Positions 49,188 through 57,020 of a stretch of 64,000 bases of DNA are shown here, one piece after another. Position 1 is the first letter of the stretch, and each line of letters begins with the position of its first letter. This DNA is from Planctomycetota bacterium. GTDB taxonomy: Bacteria > Planctomycetota > B15-G4. The translations under genes were made by a program, and so were the position numbers. The notes below the pieces were generated by a model. That model was not told the DNA's origin and did no database searches. It was given only the letters and a program-made list of their open reading frames with translations. Where the stretch lies: positions 1-64,000 of the forward strand of contig JBBQUR010000020.1 in NCBI GenBank assembly GCA_038212275.1, written 5' to 3'.

Positions 49188-51065
49188 TTACGGCTGGCCC
49201 GTGGCCTTCATGCAGTTGGACAGCGAGACGCCCTTCACGGCGGCCGCGTCCTGGATGCCGTACTGGAAGTAGAGCGAGACACCCGTCAGGTTCGGAACCG
49301 TGGGCCACACGATCGGCAGCGCGAGCGCGCCCACCGAGTTGGTGCCCAGGTCCAGCTGGAGGATGATCGGAATCGTCTTCAGCGTGCCGCCCTTGAACGG
49401 AACCGGCGTGGAGGAGACCGACACCAGCAGCACCGCGAGGGCGTTGGCCTTGGCGTTGGTCAGCTCGAGCGAGTTCACGCTGTTCGGCGTGAGCGGGCCC
49501 GTGCCGGTGAGCGTCGGATACGCCCGGTCGGCCGGAAGCGCGCAACCTTCATCGGTCCACGGATTGTCCGTCGTGGTGAAGCCGAACGCCGCGGAGGCCG
49601 TCCAGTCGGAGAGCCAGCTCTGGCCGGGAGCGAACGCGCCACGGTACTTGGCTGCCGAGAAGAAGCCGTCGGCCGGAGCCGTCGCCACGCTCGTGAGCGC
49701 CGAGGCCGCCGGACGCGGATCGAGCGAGATCACGGGAAGCATGTTCTTGCCGCCCTTGACGACGAGCGGGCCGCGGGTGATCGCCGCGATCGGCTGATCA
49801 ACCAGGGCAGAGCCGGCGTTCACGTTGTTGTTGGCCGGGTTGAAGACGCCGACAGTGGTCGCCTCCGTGTAGGCCGACGCGAACAGGTTGCGGAAGAAGA
49901 CGCTGTCCTTGATCTCCGCGAGGTTGCCGTTGACCTGGGACTGGTTGAGGGCGGAGAACACCGCCGGGGTGGTCCACGTGTTCAGCCACGAGAGCGTGCC
50001 GTTGAAGCCGTAGCCGGCGCCGCCGTCGCCATCGACGTTGTCGAGCTGGACGAGACGCTCGCCCAGGTCCATCCAGATGCAGTTCCGGTACTGCACGCGG
50101 GCGTTGTCGCGCCACGCCGTGCCATGGTCACCGTCGATCGGCTGGCCGATGCAGGTGAAGTTGTAGATCGAGGCCGTGGTGACGGGGAGCCAGTCGGAGT
50201 TCTCCGCGCCGTCGGTCTCGAAGAGGTTGTCGCCGACACCCGAGCCCTGCGACGCGTTGGCCGCATAGCCCTGCACGAGCAGGCCGAACTGCGCCTTGCC
50301 GCGCCAGCCCTGGTCGATGTCGAAGCTGTCGTCACCGATGTTCCAGATGTTGACGTACTTCAGGTTGACGGTGCCGCCCCAGATCTCGATGCCGTCATCG
50401 ACGTTGTTCATGATGTCGATGTGGTGGATGTCCGTCTCGCGACCGACGCCGCCCAGCGAAAGGCCGTTGAGCTCGTTGTTCAGCGCGACGACCTTGCCGC
50501 CGTAGCGCAGCGACAGGTACTCGATCGTGCCGCTGTTGTCGTCGTCGTCACCGCCGCCGTAGAGCACGTTCGGGTCGCCGGGGAAGGCAGCCACGAGCCC
50601 CTCCATCGCGCCGATGTTGTTCGCATTGGGCGTCGGCACGTTGCCGAGGATGGCGTCCTCCGAGATGTAGCCCTTGCCCATGATGGTGAGGTTGCCCCAC
50701 TCGTTGACCGCCTCGCGCCATGTGCCGGTCTTCGGGTTGCCGCCGACCCACGTCGCGACGTCGGCCTTGGAGGTCATGATCACCGGATTGTCCTGCGTGC
50801 CGAGCACGAAGATCTTCGCGCCGCGCGCCACGGCCAGGCTGCCGCCGATGTTGGTCGTGCTGGCGACGATCGTGCCGGCCTCGATCGTCAGGGTCGCACC
50901 CGGGAGCACGTAGATCTGGGTCTGCAGGTTGTAGGTGTTGTTCGCTGTCCACGTGGTGGACACGGCGATGTTGCTCGACACGAGAATATCAGCGGCCTGC
51001 GCCGAGCCGGTCAGGCCGACTCCCAGCGCGACGGCTGCTGCTGCTGCTTTGATGGAACTGCTCAC
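49188..51065 (-). CDS. Secreted beta-helix-like protein of the TBDR-associated (ElpS-like) family with shared CTD
   Basis: GAGGAG RBS, GTG start, signal ending AQA-A; ATLTIEAGT, DDNSGTIEYLSLRYGG, NELNGLSLGGVG, DDGIEIWGGTVN, GDDSFDIDQG, YRGAF..SW..DWT. Confidence 0.85.
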   Translation of the reverse strand: MSSSIKAAAAAVALGVGLTGSAQAADILVSSNIAVSTTWTANNTYNLQTQIYVLPGATLTIEAGTIVASTTNIGGSLAVARGAKIFVLGTQDNPVIMTSKADVATWVGGNPKTGTWREAVNEWGNLTIMGKGYISEDAILGNVPTPNANNIGAMEGLVAAFPGDPNVLYGGGDDDDNSGTIEYLSLRYGGKVVALNNELNGLSLGGVGRETDIHHIDIMNNVDDGIEIWGGTVNLKYVNIWNIGDDSFDIDQGWRGKAQFGLLVQGYAANASQGSGVGDNLFETDGAENSDWLPVTTASIYNFTCIGQPIDGDHGTAWRDNARVQYRNCIWMDLGERLVQLDNVDGDGGAGYGFNGTLSWLNTWTTPAVFSALNQSQVNGNLAEIKDSVFFRNLFASAYTEATTVGVFNPANNNVNAGSALVDQPIAAITRGPLVVKGGKNMLPVISLDPRPAASALTSVATAPADGFFSAAKYRGAFAPGQSWLSDWTASAAFGFTTTDNPWTDEGCALPADRAYPTLTGTGPLTPNSVNSLELTNAKANALAVLLVSVSSTPVPFKGGTLKTIPIILQLDLGTNSVGALALPIVWPTVPNLTGVSLYFQYGIQDAAAVKGVSLSNCMKATGQP

Positions 51066-51278
51066 GGGGTTGGACTCCTCAACAGGTTCGCTCCACGGAT
51101 CGCGGAGGAGACACTCTCCTTCGCCTGATGGCTCCGTGTTCCGGCAAGCTAGAGACGCGATGTGGGCCGGACGTGAAGAGCCGGTGCGATTTCGCCCAAT
51201 TCCGGCGGGCTGATCGCGAACAGGTCGGCCACGCACGACGCGACATCTGCAGCCTGGAGTGAATGCCGTCAGCCTGCG

Positions 51279-51307
51279 GCGAAGACGGCGTGAAGATCGC
51301 CACAAGA
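51279..51307 (-). promoter_or_regulatory. Pho-box-like triple repeat (TCTTGTG / TCTTCAC / TCTTCGC)
   Basis: Three TCTT-headed heptamers at exact 11-bp spacing, upstream of the first gene of the TonB cluster. Confidence 0.45.
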
Positions 51308-51455
51308 CTGCAGAGGCCGCGTCACGCTTCGCCGCGAGAGCCGCCGCCGCCCTGCGTCACCGCCGGCGAGTCACGGAAGGCGCCCGGACGACCTCAGCGG
51401 CCTGTCGCCGTGCGGATCCTTCGGCAGGTGGCGTGCCGCGAGGGGCGCGCGGGGT

Positions 51456-52283
51456 TCAGTGCGCCTCGCTCGTCGTCGCGCCGGCTGCCGTCGCCTTGCG
51501 TGCGTGCAGGTCGTAGCGGTCGCCGCGCGTGAGGATGTGGAGGCGGATGTTGATCAGCGAGATGGGCTCATTGGCCTTCAGCGCATCCACCGACGAGAAC
51601 TCGAGGTCGTGGGCATCCACGATCGTGACGCCGCCGCTGCCCACCACTTCCAGGCTGTCGTCCGGGCCGATGAACACCGAGGTGTCCTCGTCGAGGCCGA
51701 CGCCGATGGCGAAGGGGTTGTAAGCCAGCGCCGTGAGCAGGCGCCCGAGGCGGTCGCGCTGCCGGAAGTGCTGGTCCACGATGATGCGATTGGTGAGGCC
51801 GAGCCCCGGCGACAGGGCGACCATGCGGCGGTGCGGCGTGGCGCCCTCGTCGCCGTACGCGATCATGTGCTCGCAGACGAAGGCCGCGCCGGCCGACGTG
51901 CCGGCGATGTGCATGCCGTCGGCGTTGCGCTCGCGCAGCAGCGTGGAGGCGCGCGTGCCGCCGAGCGTCGTCGCCAGCCGCAGCTGGTTGCCGCCGGTGA
52001 TGAACACGCCGTCGGCTTCCTCGATGAGTTCCAGCCAGTCTTCGCGATGACAGTCCACGCGCGTGTCGAAGGGCACCACGACGGCGCGCCGCACGCCCAA
52101 TTCCAGCAGCGTCTCCTCGTAACCCGGGCCGGTGCTCTTGTCCCCCGACGCCGTCGGGATGACCACGATGCGCGCGCGGCGCCCGCCGCACAGCTGCACG
52201 AACTGTTTGAGGATGGTCGGGTCCTTGACCTTGTCGATGCCGCCGCCGATGGGAACGATGAAGCCGCGCGTCAAGGTGGGCAC
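51456..52283 (-). CDS. cphB: Cyanophycinase (peptidase S51)
   Basis: IGGG, VIPTAS, FITGGNQLRL, AGTSAGA (nucleophile), VDQHFRQRDRLGRL, GLDEDT. Confidence 0.95.
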   Translation of the reverse strand: MPTLTRGFIVPIGGGIDKVKDPTILKQFVQLCGGRRARIVVIPTASGDKSTGPGYEETLLELGVRRAVVVPFDTRVDCHREDWLELIEEADGVFITGGNQLRLATTLGGTRASTLLRERNADGMHIAGTSAGAAFVCEHMIAYGDEGATPHRRMVALSPGLGLTNRIIVDQHFRQRDRLGRLLTALAYNPFAIGVGLDEDTSVFIGPDDSLEVVGSGGVTIVDAHDLEFSSVDALKANEPISLINIRLHILTRGDRYDLHARKATAAGATTSEAH

Positions 52284-52500
52284 TCCGGGGAGAGACGGGC
52301 CGGGGGCCGGCGGACCGGGAGCGCCCGGCCAGCCGTCGCAGGCCTGCCGGTCTCGGGGCGCCGGCAGCTCGTGATGGCGGCCAAACATCGCCCACGAATG
52401 GCCTTCGGTCAACCGCGGAATGCGCGGCCAGCGGCGCGTTGCCGATGCGCGCCGAGTCGTCGCGTCGGCAGCGCGCCGTGACGGAGCACGCTGCGAGCCG

Positions 52501-53196
52501 TCAGCGCCCGTGCAGTGGCTCGGGATCCGAAGCGGGAGGCACCTCGGGAAGTGCGGGAAAACGAGCACGCTCCTGCCAGCGCTGGCTGCCCTTGTTCTCC
52601 CCACGATCCAGGAGGACGAGCGGCCCGAGCGTACGGGGCACGACGAAGAACGCGAAGGGCGTGACGCGGTCGCCACCGTCATCAGCATCGGCCGACCAGA
52701 AGAAGGCCCCCGCTGACGGCGGCTCTCCGCCACTGCCGGGCGGCCCGTTGTTCAACGTCTGATAGCCGAGTTCCTTGATGATCAGCCGGGCCGCACCATC
52801 GCCGGAAGGAATGCCGGCACCGCCCGCAGGCACAGTCCCCGCCGCGTAACCCGCCGAATTGACCGAGGCGCCGCCGAAGATCGCGACGACCATGCAGCGC
52901 TCGAAGTCCACCACCGGCAGGCCGGCCTTGTTGTGGTAGAGGCTGTCGTCGGCCTTCGACGCCTCGCCCAGATGTTCGAGCCACAGCGCCGCCCACTCGG
53001 CCTGCGTGGTGATGCGCAGGCAGCGCGCGTCGGCGATGTGACTGTGCGCGCCCGTCAGCGTCACGAGCGCGGGCAGCGTCGAAGGCGGCGCCTCCTGACG
53101 CTCACGAGGCTGCATCTCCGCGGCGCAGCCCAGCACGAGAAACAGTCCGCCGACAGCGACAAGCTTGTTCTTCCGCACACCCTGCATGCTGCGCAT
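52501..53196 (-). CDS. Lipoprotein with PrcB C-terminal-like domain
   Basis: AGGAGGAG RBS; lipobox VLGC; EWAALW..H, P.VDFE..MVVAIF.G..NSAGY, VTPF. Confidence 0.65.
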   Translation of the reverse strand: MRSMQGVRKNKLVAVGGLFLVLGCAAEMQPRERQEAPPSTLPALVTLTGAHSHIADARCLRITTQAEWAALWLEHLGEASKADDSLYHNKAGLPVVDFERCMVVAIFGGASVNSAGYAAGTVPAGGAGIPSGDGAARLIIKELGYQTLNNGPPGSGGEPPSAGAFFWSADADDGGDRVTPFAFFVVPRTLGPLVLLDRGENKGSQRWQERARFPALPEVPPASDPEPLHGR

Positions 53197-53371
53197 GACG
53201 AGCTCCTCCTGCGTCCGGGCCCCGCGGTTTTCGCGCACGGGCCCATGAGTGCGCCGGTCCAGCGAGGCAACGGAACACGCCCTTTGAAGACGGGCAGCGT
53301 CGCACACCCCCCACGACACGTCCAACCGAGCGCCGCGCTCGGGTGCCGCAGCGATGCCGCGCGAAAGGCGC

Positions 53372-53424
53372 GCCCCGTCGCGTCGTCGGGCGCGACGCGA
53401 CGGGGCCTGACGCGACGGGGCGCG
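53372..53424 (-). terminator. GC-rich hairpin downstream of the FG-GAP gene, one arm duplicated
   Basis: gccccgtcgcgtcg (53372-53385) pairs with cgacgcgacggggc (53393-53406); second arm copy at 53409-53424. Confidence 0.55.
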
Positions 53425-53429
53425 TCCAC

Positions 53430-55070
53430 TCACGGCATGAAGTGCGCCGACACCACGTTGGAGATGCCGACGCCCTTGGGCTGCGCCGGATCCTGCACAA
53501 TGACCTGCAGCAGCACATCGAAGGCGCCGAGACCTCCCGGCACGCCGGGGATCAGGACCTTTCCCTGCGCGTTGGTCGTGAGCGTGAACGCCGCGCCGAG
53601 GCCGAGATCCGGCACCAGCGTGCCGCCCTTGAAAGGGAGACTCGCTGCCTGCAGCGAGACGGCCAGCAACGCGGGCCGGTTCGCCGGCGCGTTCTTCAGC
53701 AGCAGGTCGGCCTTGCCGCCCGGACCCAGCGTCGTGCCGCACAGGCTCAGCTTGCTGACGCCCGGGCCGCCGAAGCCGAGGTCCGCCTGGCAGACCAGCG
53801 GCGAGATCACCGACACGGTGCCTTGCTTGCCGTTCGCTTGGGTGGCGTAAGGCGCGCCGATGAGCATCTCCGGCCAGCCGTCACCGGTCACGTCGCCGAG
53901 GTGCGAGAGCGCGGTGCCGAAGGAATCGCCGAGTTGCCCGGTCATGTCCGGCAGCAGCGCAGCGCCGGTCGCGAGCGACAGCACCCGCGCAAAGCTCGGC
54001 TTGCCGGGCGTGAGCGGCGCGCTGCCGACGAGGAGGTCCGGCGTGCCGTCCTTGTCCACGTCGCCCGCCACATCGAGGACCACGCCGAACTGGTCGCTCA
54101 TCGCGTCGCCGGTGAAGACCCACGAGGCCGCGCCCGCCGGGCCACGGAAGACGCGCACCGACCCGCGTCCGCCGTTCTCGCTGTAGGCCCCGACGGCGAT
54201 GTCGGCAAAGCCGTCGTGGTCGAAGTCGCCGAGGCCCGCGATCGCCGTGCCGAAGAGCGTGAGTTCCCCGGCGCCGTAGCGCGAGTAGAGCACCGAGCCG
54301 TCGACGCCCGAGCGCACTTCGACGCGCCCCGTCAGGTCACCCAGGCTCTGGTCCCCCGGTACGCCGACGACGAAGTCCGGCTTGCCGTCGCCGTTCACGT
54401 CGCCCGCGGCTGCGACGCACCAGCCCATGCGCTGGTTGGCCGAGCCGTAGAAGGTGTTGAGCACGACACCGGTGGCGCCGTCGATCAGCCGCGCGCGGCC
54501 CGCGAGCGGCACGAGCGCGCTGCTCTCGTAGTCGGGCGCACCGACGACGAAGTCCGGCCGGCCGTCGCCGGTCACGTCGCCCACACCGGCGATGGAGAAG
54601 CCGAAGCTCTCCTTCGACTTGGTGCCGTTCACCGTGTAGAGCTTGCTGCCGGTCAGTCCGGAGAAGACCTGCACCGAGCCCGTGTCCGTGCCGTTGACGT
54701 CCGTGCCGAGTGCGCTGATGGCGACGTCGCCGTGACCGTCGCCGTTCACGTCGCCAAGGCCGGCCACCGCGTAGCCGAACTGTTCGTTGACCGCCGCACC
54801 GTGCAGCGAGAGCAGCAGCGACCAGTCCTTGCCGGAGTAGACGTAGGCGCTGCCGCTGTTGGCGCCGAAGTCCGTGTCGCCGGCCTCGCCGACGAGGATG
54901 TCCGGCACGCCGTCGTGGTCGACGTCGCCAGCCGACGCGACGGCGCGTCCGAAGTGGCCCTGCGGCGCGGTGCCGCTGAAGACGTGCTGACTGAGCTGTG
55001 CGCGAGTCTCGGCGCAGAGCAGGGCGCTGCCGGCGAGCGCGAGGAGACCGGCGATGCGAAGCTGAATCAT
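53430..55070 (-). CDS. Secreted FG-GAP protein with shared CTD (tandem paralog 2)
   Basis: Signal ending TRA-Q; seven FG...GDV.GDG..D...GA repeats; CTD at 53430-53792. Confidence 0.92.
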   Translation of the reverse strand: MIQLRIAGLLALAGSALLCAETRAQLSQHVFSGTAPQGHFGRAVASAGDVDHDGVPDILVGEAGDTDFGANSGSAYVYSGKDWSLLLSLHGAAVNEQFGYAVAGLGDVNGDGHGDVAISALGTDVNGTDTGSVQVFSGLTGSKLYTVNGTKSKESFGFSIAGVGDVTGDGRPDFVVGAPDYESSALVPLAGRARLIDGATGVVLNTFYGSANQRMGWCVAAAGDVNGDGKPDFVVGVPGDQSLGDLTGRVEVRSGVDGSVLYSRYGAGELTLFGTAIAGLGDFDHDGFADIAVGAYSENGGRGSVRVFRGPAGAASWVFTGDAMSDQFGVVLDVAGDVDKDGTPDLLVGSAPLTPGKPSFARVLSLATGAALLPDMTGQLGDSFGTALSHLGDVTGDGWPEMLIGAPYATQANGKQGTVSVISPLVCQADLGFGGPGVSKLSLCGTTLGPGGKADLLLKNAPANRPALLAVSLQAASLPFKGGTLVPDLGLGAAFTLTTNAQGKVLIPGVPGGLGAFDVLLQVIVQDPAQPKGVGISNVVSAHFMP

Positions 55071-55151
55071 GGAAGTGTTCCGTGTGAAGTGGAGGGTCCT
55101 GTCGCCGCGCCGCGCGCGGCCTGCAGCACGCGCCTGCGCACTGAGGTCCTT

Positions 55152-55192
55152 CAGATCCGGATCGCGCGCGAAAAGGTCTCAGCCGAGCGCGC
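55152..55192 (-). promoter_or_regulatory. 41-bp conserved upstream element, copy 1 (candidate ECF promoter)
   Basis: cagatccggatcgcgcgcgaaaaggtctcagccgagcgcgc; 40/41 identical to 56980-57020. Confidence 0.6.
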
Positions 55193-55208
55193 GCTGTGCC
55201 CATGAAAG

Positions 55209-55239
55209 CGCCCGCCCGGGAATCGATCCCGGGCGGGCG
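55209..55239 (-). terminator. Intrinsic terminator-like hairpin between the FG-GAP paralogs
   Basis: 13-bp stem cgcccgcccggga/tcccgggcgggcg followed by a short U tract on the minus strand. Confidence 0.7.
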
Positions 55240-55254
55240 TCACGTCGGCTGCCC

Positions 55255-56898
55255 TCAGTTCAGGAAGTGCGCGAGCACCACGTTGGAGAGCGCGAAGCCC
55301 TTGGCCTGCGCCGGATCCTGGATCACCACCTGCAGGAAGACGTCGAAGAGTCCGAGCCCGCCGGGAATGCCGACCAGGTGCATCGCACCGTGCGTGTCGG
55401 TCGCGAGCACGAACGTCACGCCGCTGGCAAGGTTCGGCACGATCACTCCGCCCTTGAAGGCCTTGGCGGACGCCTGCAGCGACGCCGCCAGCAGCGCGGG
55501 CCTGCTCACCGCCGCGCCCTGCAGCACGATGTCCGCCTGGCCCGCCGCGCCGAGCGGCGCGCCGCACATCGAGAGGTGCGCGAGACCCGGGCCGCCGGAG
55601 CCGAGGTCGGCCTGGCACCAGAGCGGCGAGTAAACCGTGACCTGGCCCTGCGTGGCGCCGACGATGGCGTACGGCGCGCCGACGAGCACGTCCGGCCAGC
55701 CGTCGCCGGTGACGTCGCCCGCGGCGGCGAGGGCGCTGCCGAAGCCGGAGATGTTCGGGCCTGTCGGACTGCCGTATAGCGGCAGGCCCGTCGCGCCGGA
55801 GAGCACGCGCACGTAAGGGAGCTTGCCGCCGTTCGGCGGGAAGGTGCCGACGAGCAGGTCGGCGTGACCGTCCTTGTCCACGTCACCGGCTGCGGAGACG
55901 GCCGTGCCGAAGCGGTCGTCAGGCGCGTCGCCGACAAAGATCCACGAGGCCGCGCCGCTCGGGCCGCGGTACACGTGCGCCGCGCCGGCAGCGCCGGACT
56001 CGCCCGAGGCGCCGACCAGCAGGTCCGCGAAGCCGTCGCCATCCACGTCGCCGACACCGTCCAGCGCCGTGCCGAAGAAGGACGCGGCGTGCGGGCCGAA
56101 GCGCTGGTAGAGCAGCGCGCCGCCGTTGCCGGAGCGCACGTCGATGCGGCCGGTTGCGGCGCCGAGAATGGCCTCGCCGGGCGCCCCCATCGCGACGTCG
56201 TCGCGGCCGTCGCCGTCCACGTCGCCGGCGCCTGCCACCACGCTGCCCAGCCGGTCGCCTTTCTTGCCGACGAAGGTGAGCAGCGTCGCGCCCGTGTTGC
56301 CCGAGACGACGATCACGCGCCCCGCATCCGGCGTGAGCCCGAGCACGCCGTCGTAACCGGGCGCGCCGATGACCATGTCCGGGATGCCGTCGAGGTTCAC
56401 GTCGCCGGCCGCGGCGATGGAGAGGCCGAAGTTCAAGCCGGCTGCGCTGCCGGTCAGCGCATAGATCAACACGCCGGTCTTGCCGGAGTAGACGCGCACC
56501 GCGCCGGCCTGGGCGGCGACGCTGCTGTCGTAGGGCGCGGCCACGGCGAGGTCCGCGAAGCCGTCGCCGTTCACGTCACCCGGGCCTGCCACGGAGCGGC
56601 CGAACTGCTCGAGCGTCGTGCCGCCGTGCAGCACGCGCAGCAGCGACCAGTCCTTGCCGGAGTAGACGAAGGCGCTGCCGGAGGCGTAGCCGTTGACGCT
56701 GTCCGCGGGCGCGCCGAGCAGGATGTCGTCGATGCCGTCGGCATTCACGTCGTGCGCGGCCGCCACGGCCTGGCCGATCTGCGCCGATTGCGTGATCGAC
56801 GTGAAGACGTGCTGGGAGATCTGCGCGTGAACCGGCGCGCAGACCAGCGCGCTGCCGGCGAGCGCGAGGAAACCGGCCGTGATGTGAGATTGATGCAT
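55255..56898 (-). CDS. Secreted FG-GAP protein with shared CTD (tandem paralog 1)
   Basis: Signal ending VHA-Q; seven FG-GAP repeats colinear with 53430-55070; CTD at 55255-55620. Confidence 0.92.
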   Translation of the reverse strand: MHQSHITAGFLALAGSALVCAPVHAQISQHVFTSITQSAQIGQAVAAAHDVNADGIDDILLGAPADSVNGYASGSAFVYSGKDWSLLRVLHGGTTLEQFGRSVAGPGDVNGDGFADLAVAAPYDSSVAAQAGAVRVYSGKTGVLIYALTGSAAGLNFGLSIAAAGDVNLDGIPDMVIGAPGYDGVLGLTPDAGRVIVVSGNTGATLLTFVGKKGDRLGSVVAGAGDVDGDGRDDVAMGAPGEAILGAATGRIDVRSGNGGALLYQRFGPHAASFFGTALDGVGDVDGDGFADLLVGASGESGAAGAAHVYRGPSGAASWIFVGDAPDDRFGTAVSAAGDVDKDGHADLLVGTFPPNGGKLPYVRVLSGATGLPLYGSPTGPNISGFGSALAAAGDVTGDGWPDVLVGAPYAIVGATQGQVTVYSPLWCQADLGSGGPGLAHLSMCGAPLGAAGQADIVLQGAAVSRPALLAASLQASAKAFKGGVIVPNLASGVTFVLATDTHGAMHLVGIPGGLGLFDVFLQVVIQDPAQAKGFALSNVVLAHFLN

Positions 56899-56979
56899 GA
56901 CGATGTTCCTTGCGTGGAGGGACCGACGGAAGCCGCACGATGTGCGACGGGGAGCACGCTGCTGCGCGCCGTGGCCCTA

Positions 56980-57020
56980 CAGATCCGGATCGCGCGCGAA
57001 AAGGTCTCAGCCGGGCGCGC
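56980..57020 (-). promoter_or_regulatory. 41-bp conserved upstream element, copy 2 (overlaps the kinase stop codon)
   Basis: Near-identical to 55152-55192 and the same distance (~82 bp) from the downstream ATG. Confidence 0.6.

Noticed and set aside
55152..57020. 41-bp direct repeats as att sites or target-site duplication
   Set aside because: There is no recombinase, and similarity extends into both paralogous genes, which fits gene duplication with a conserved promoter.
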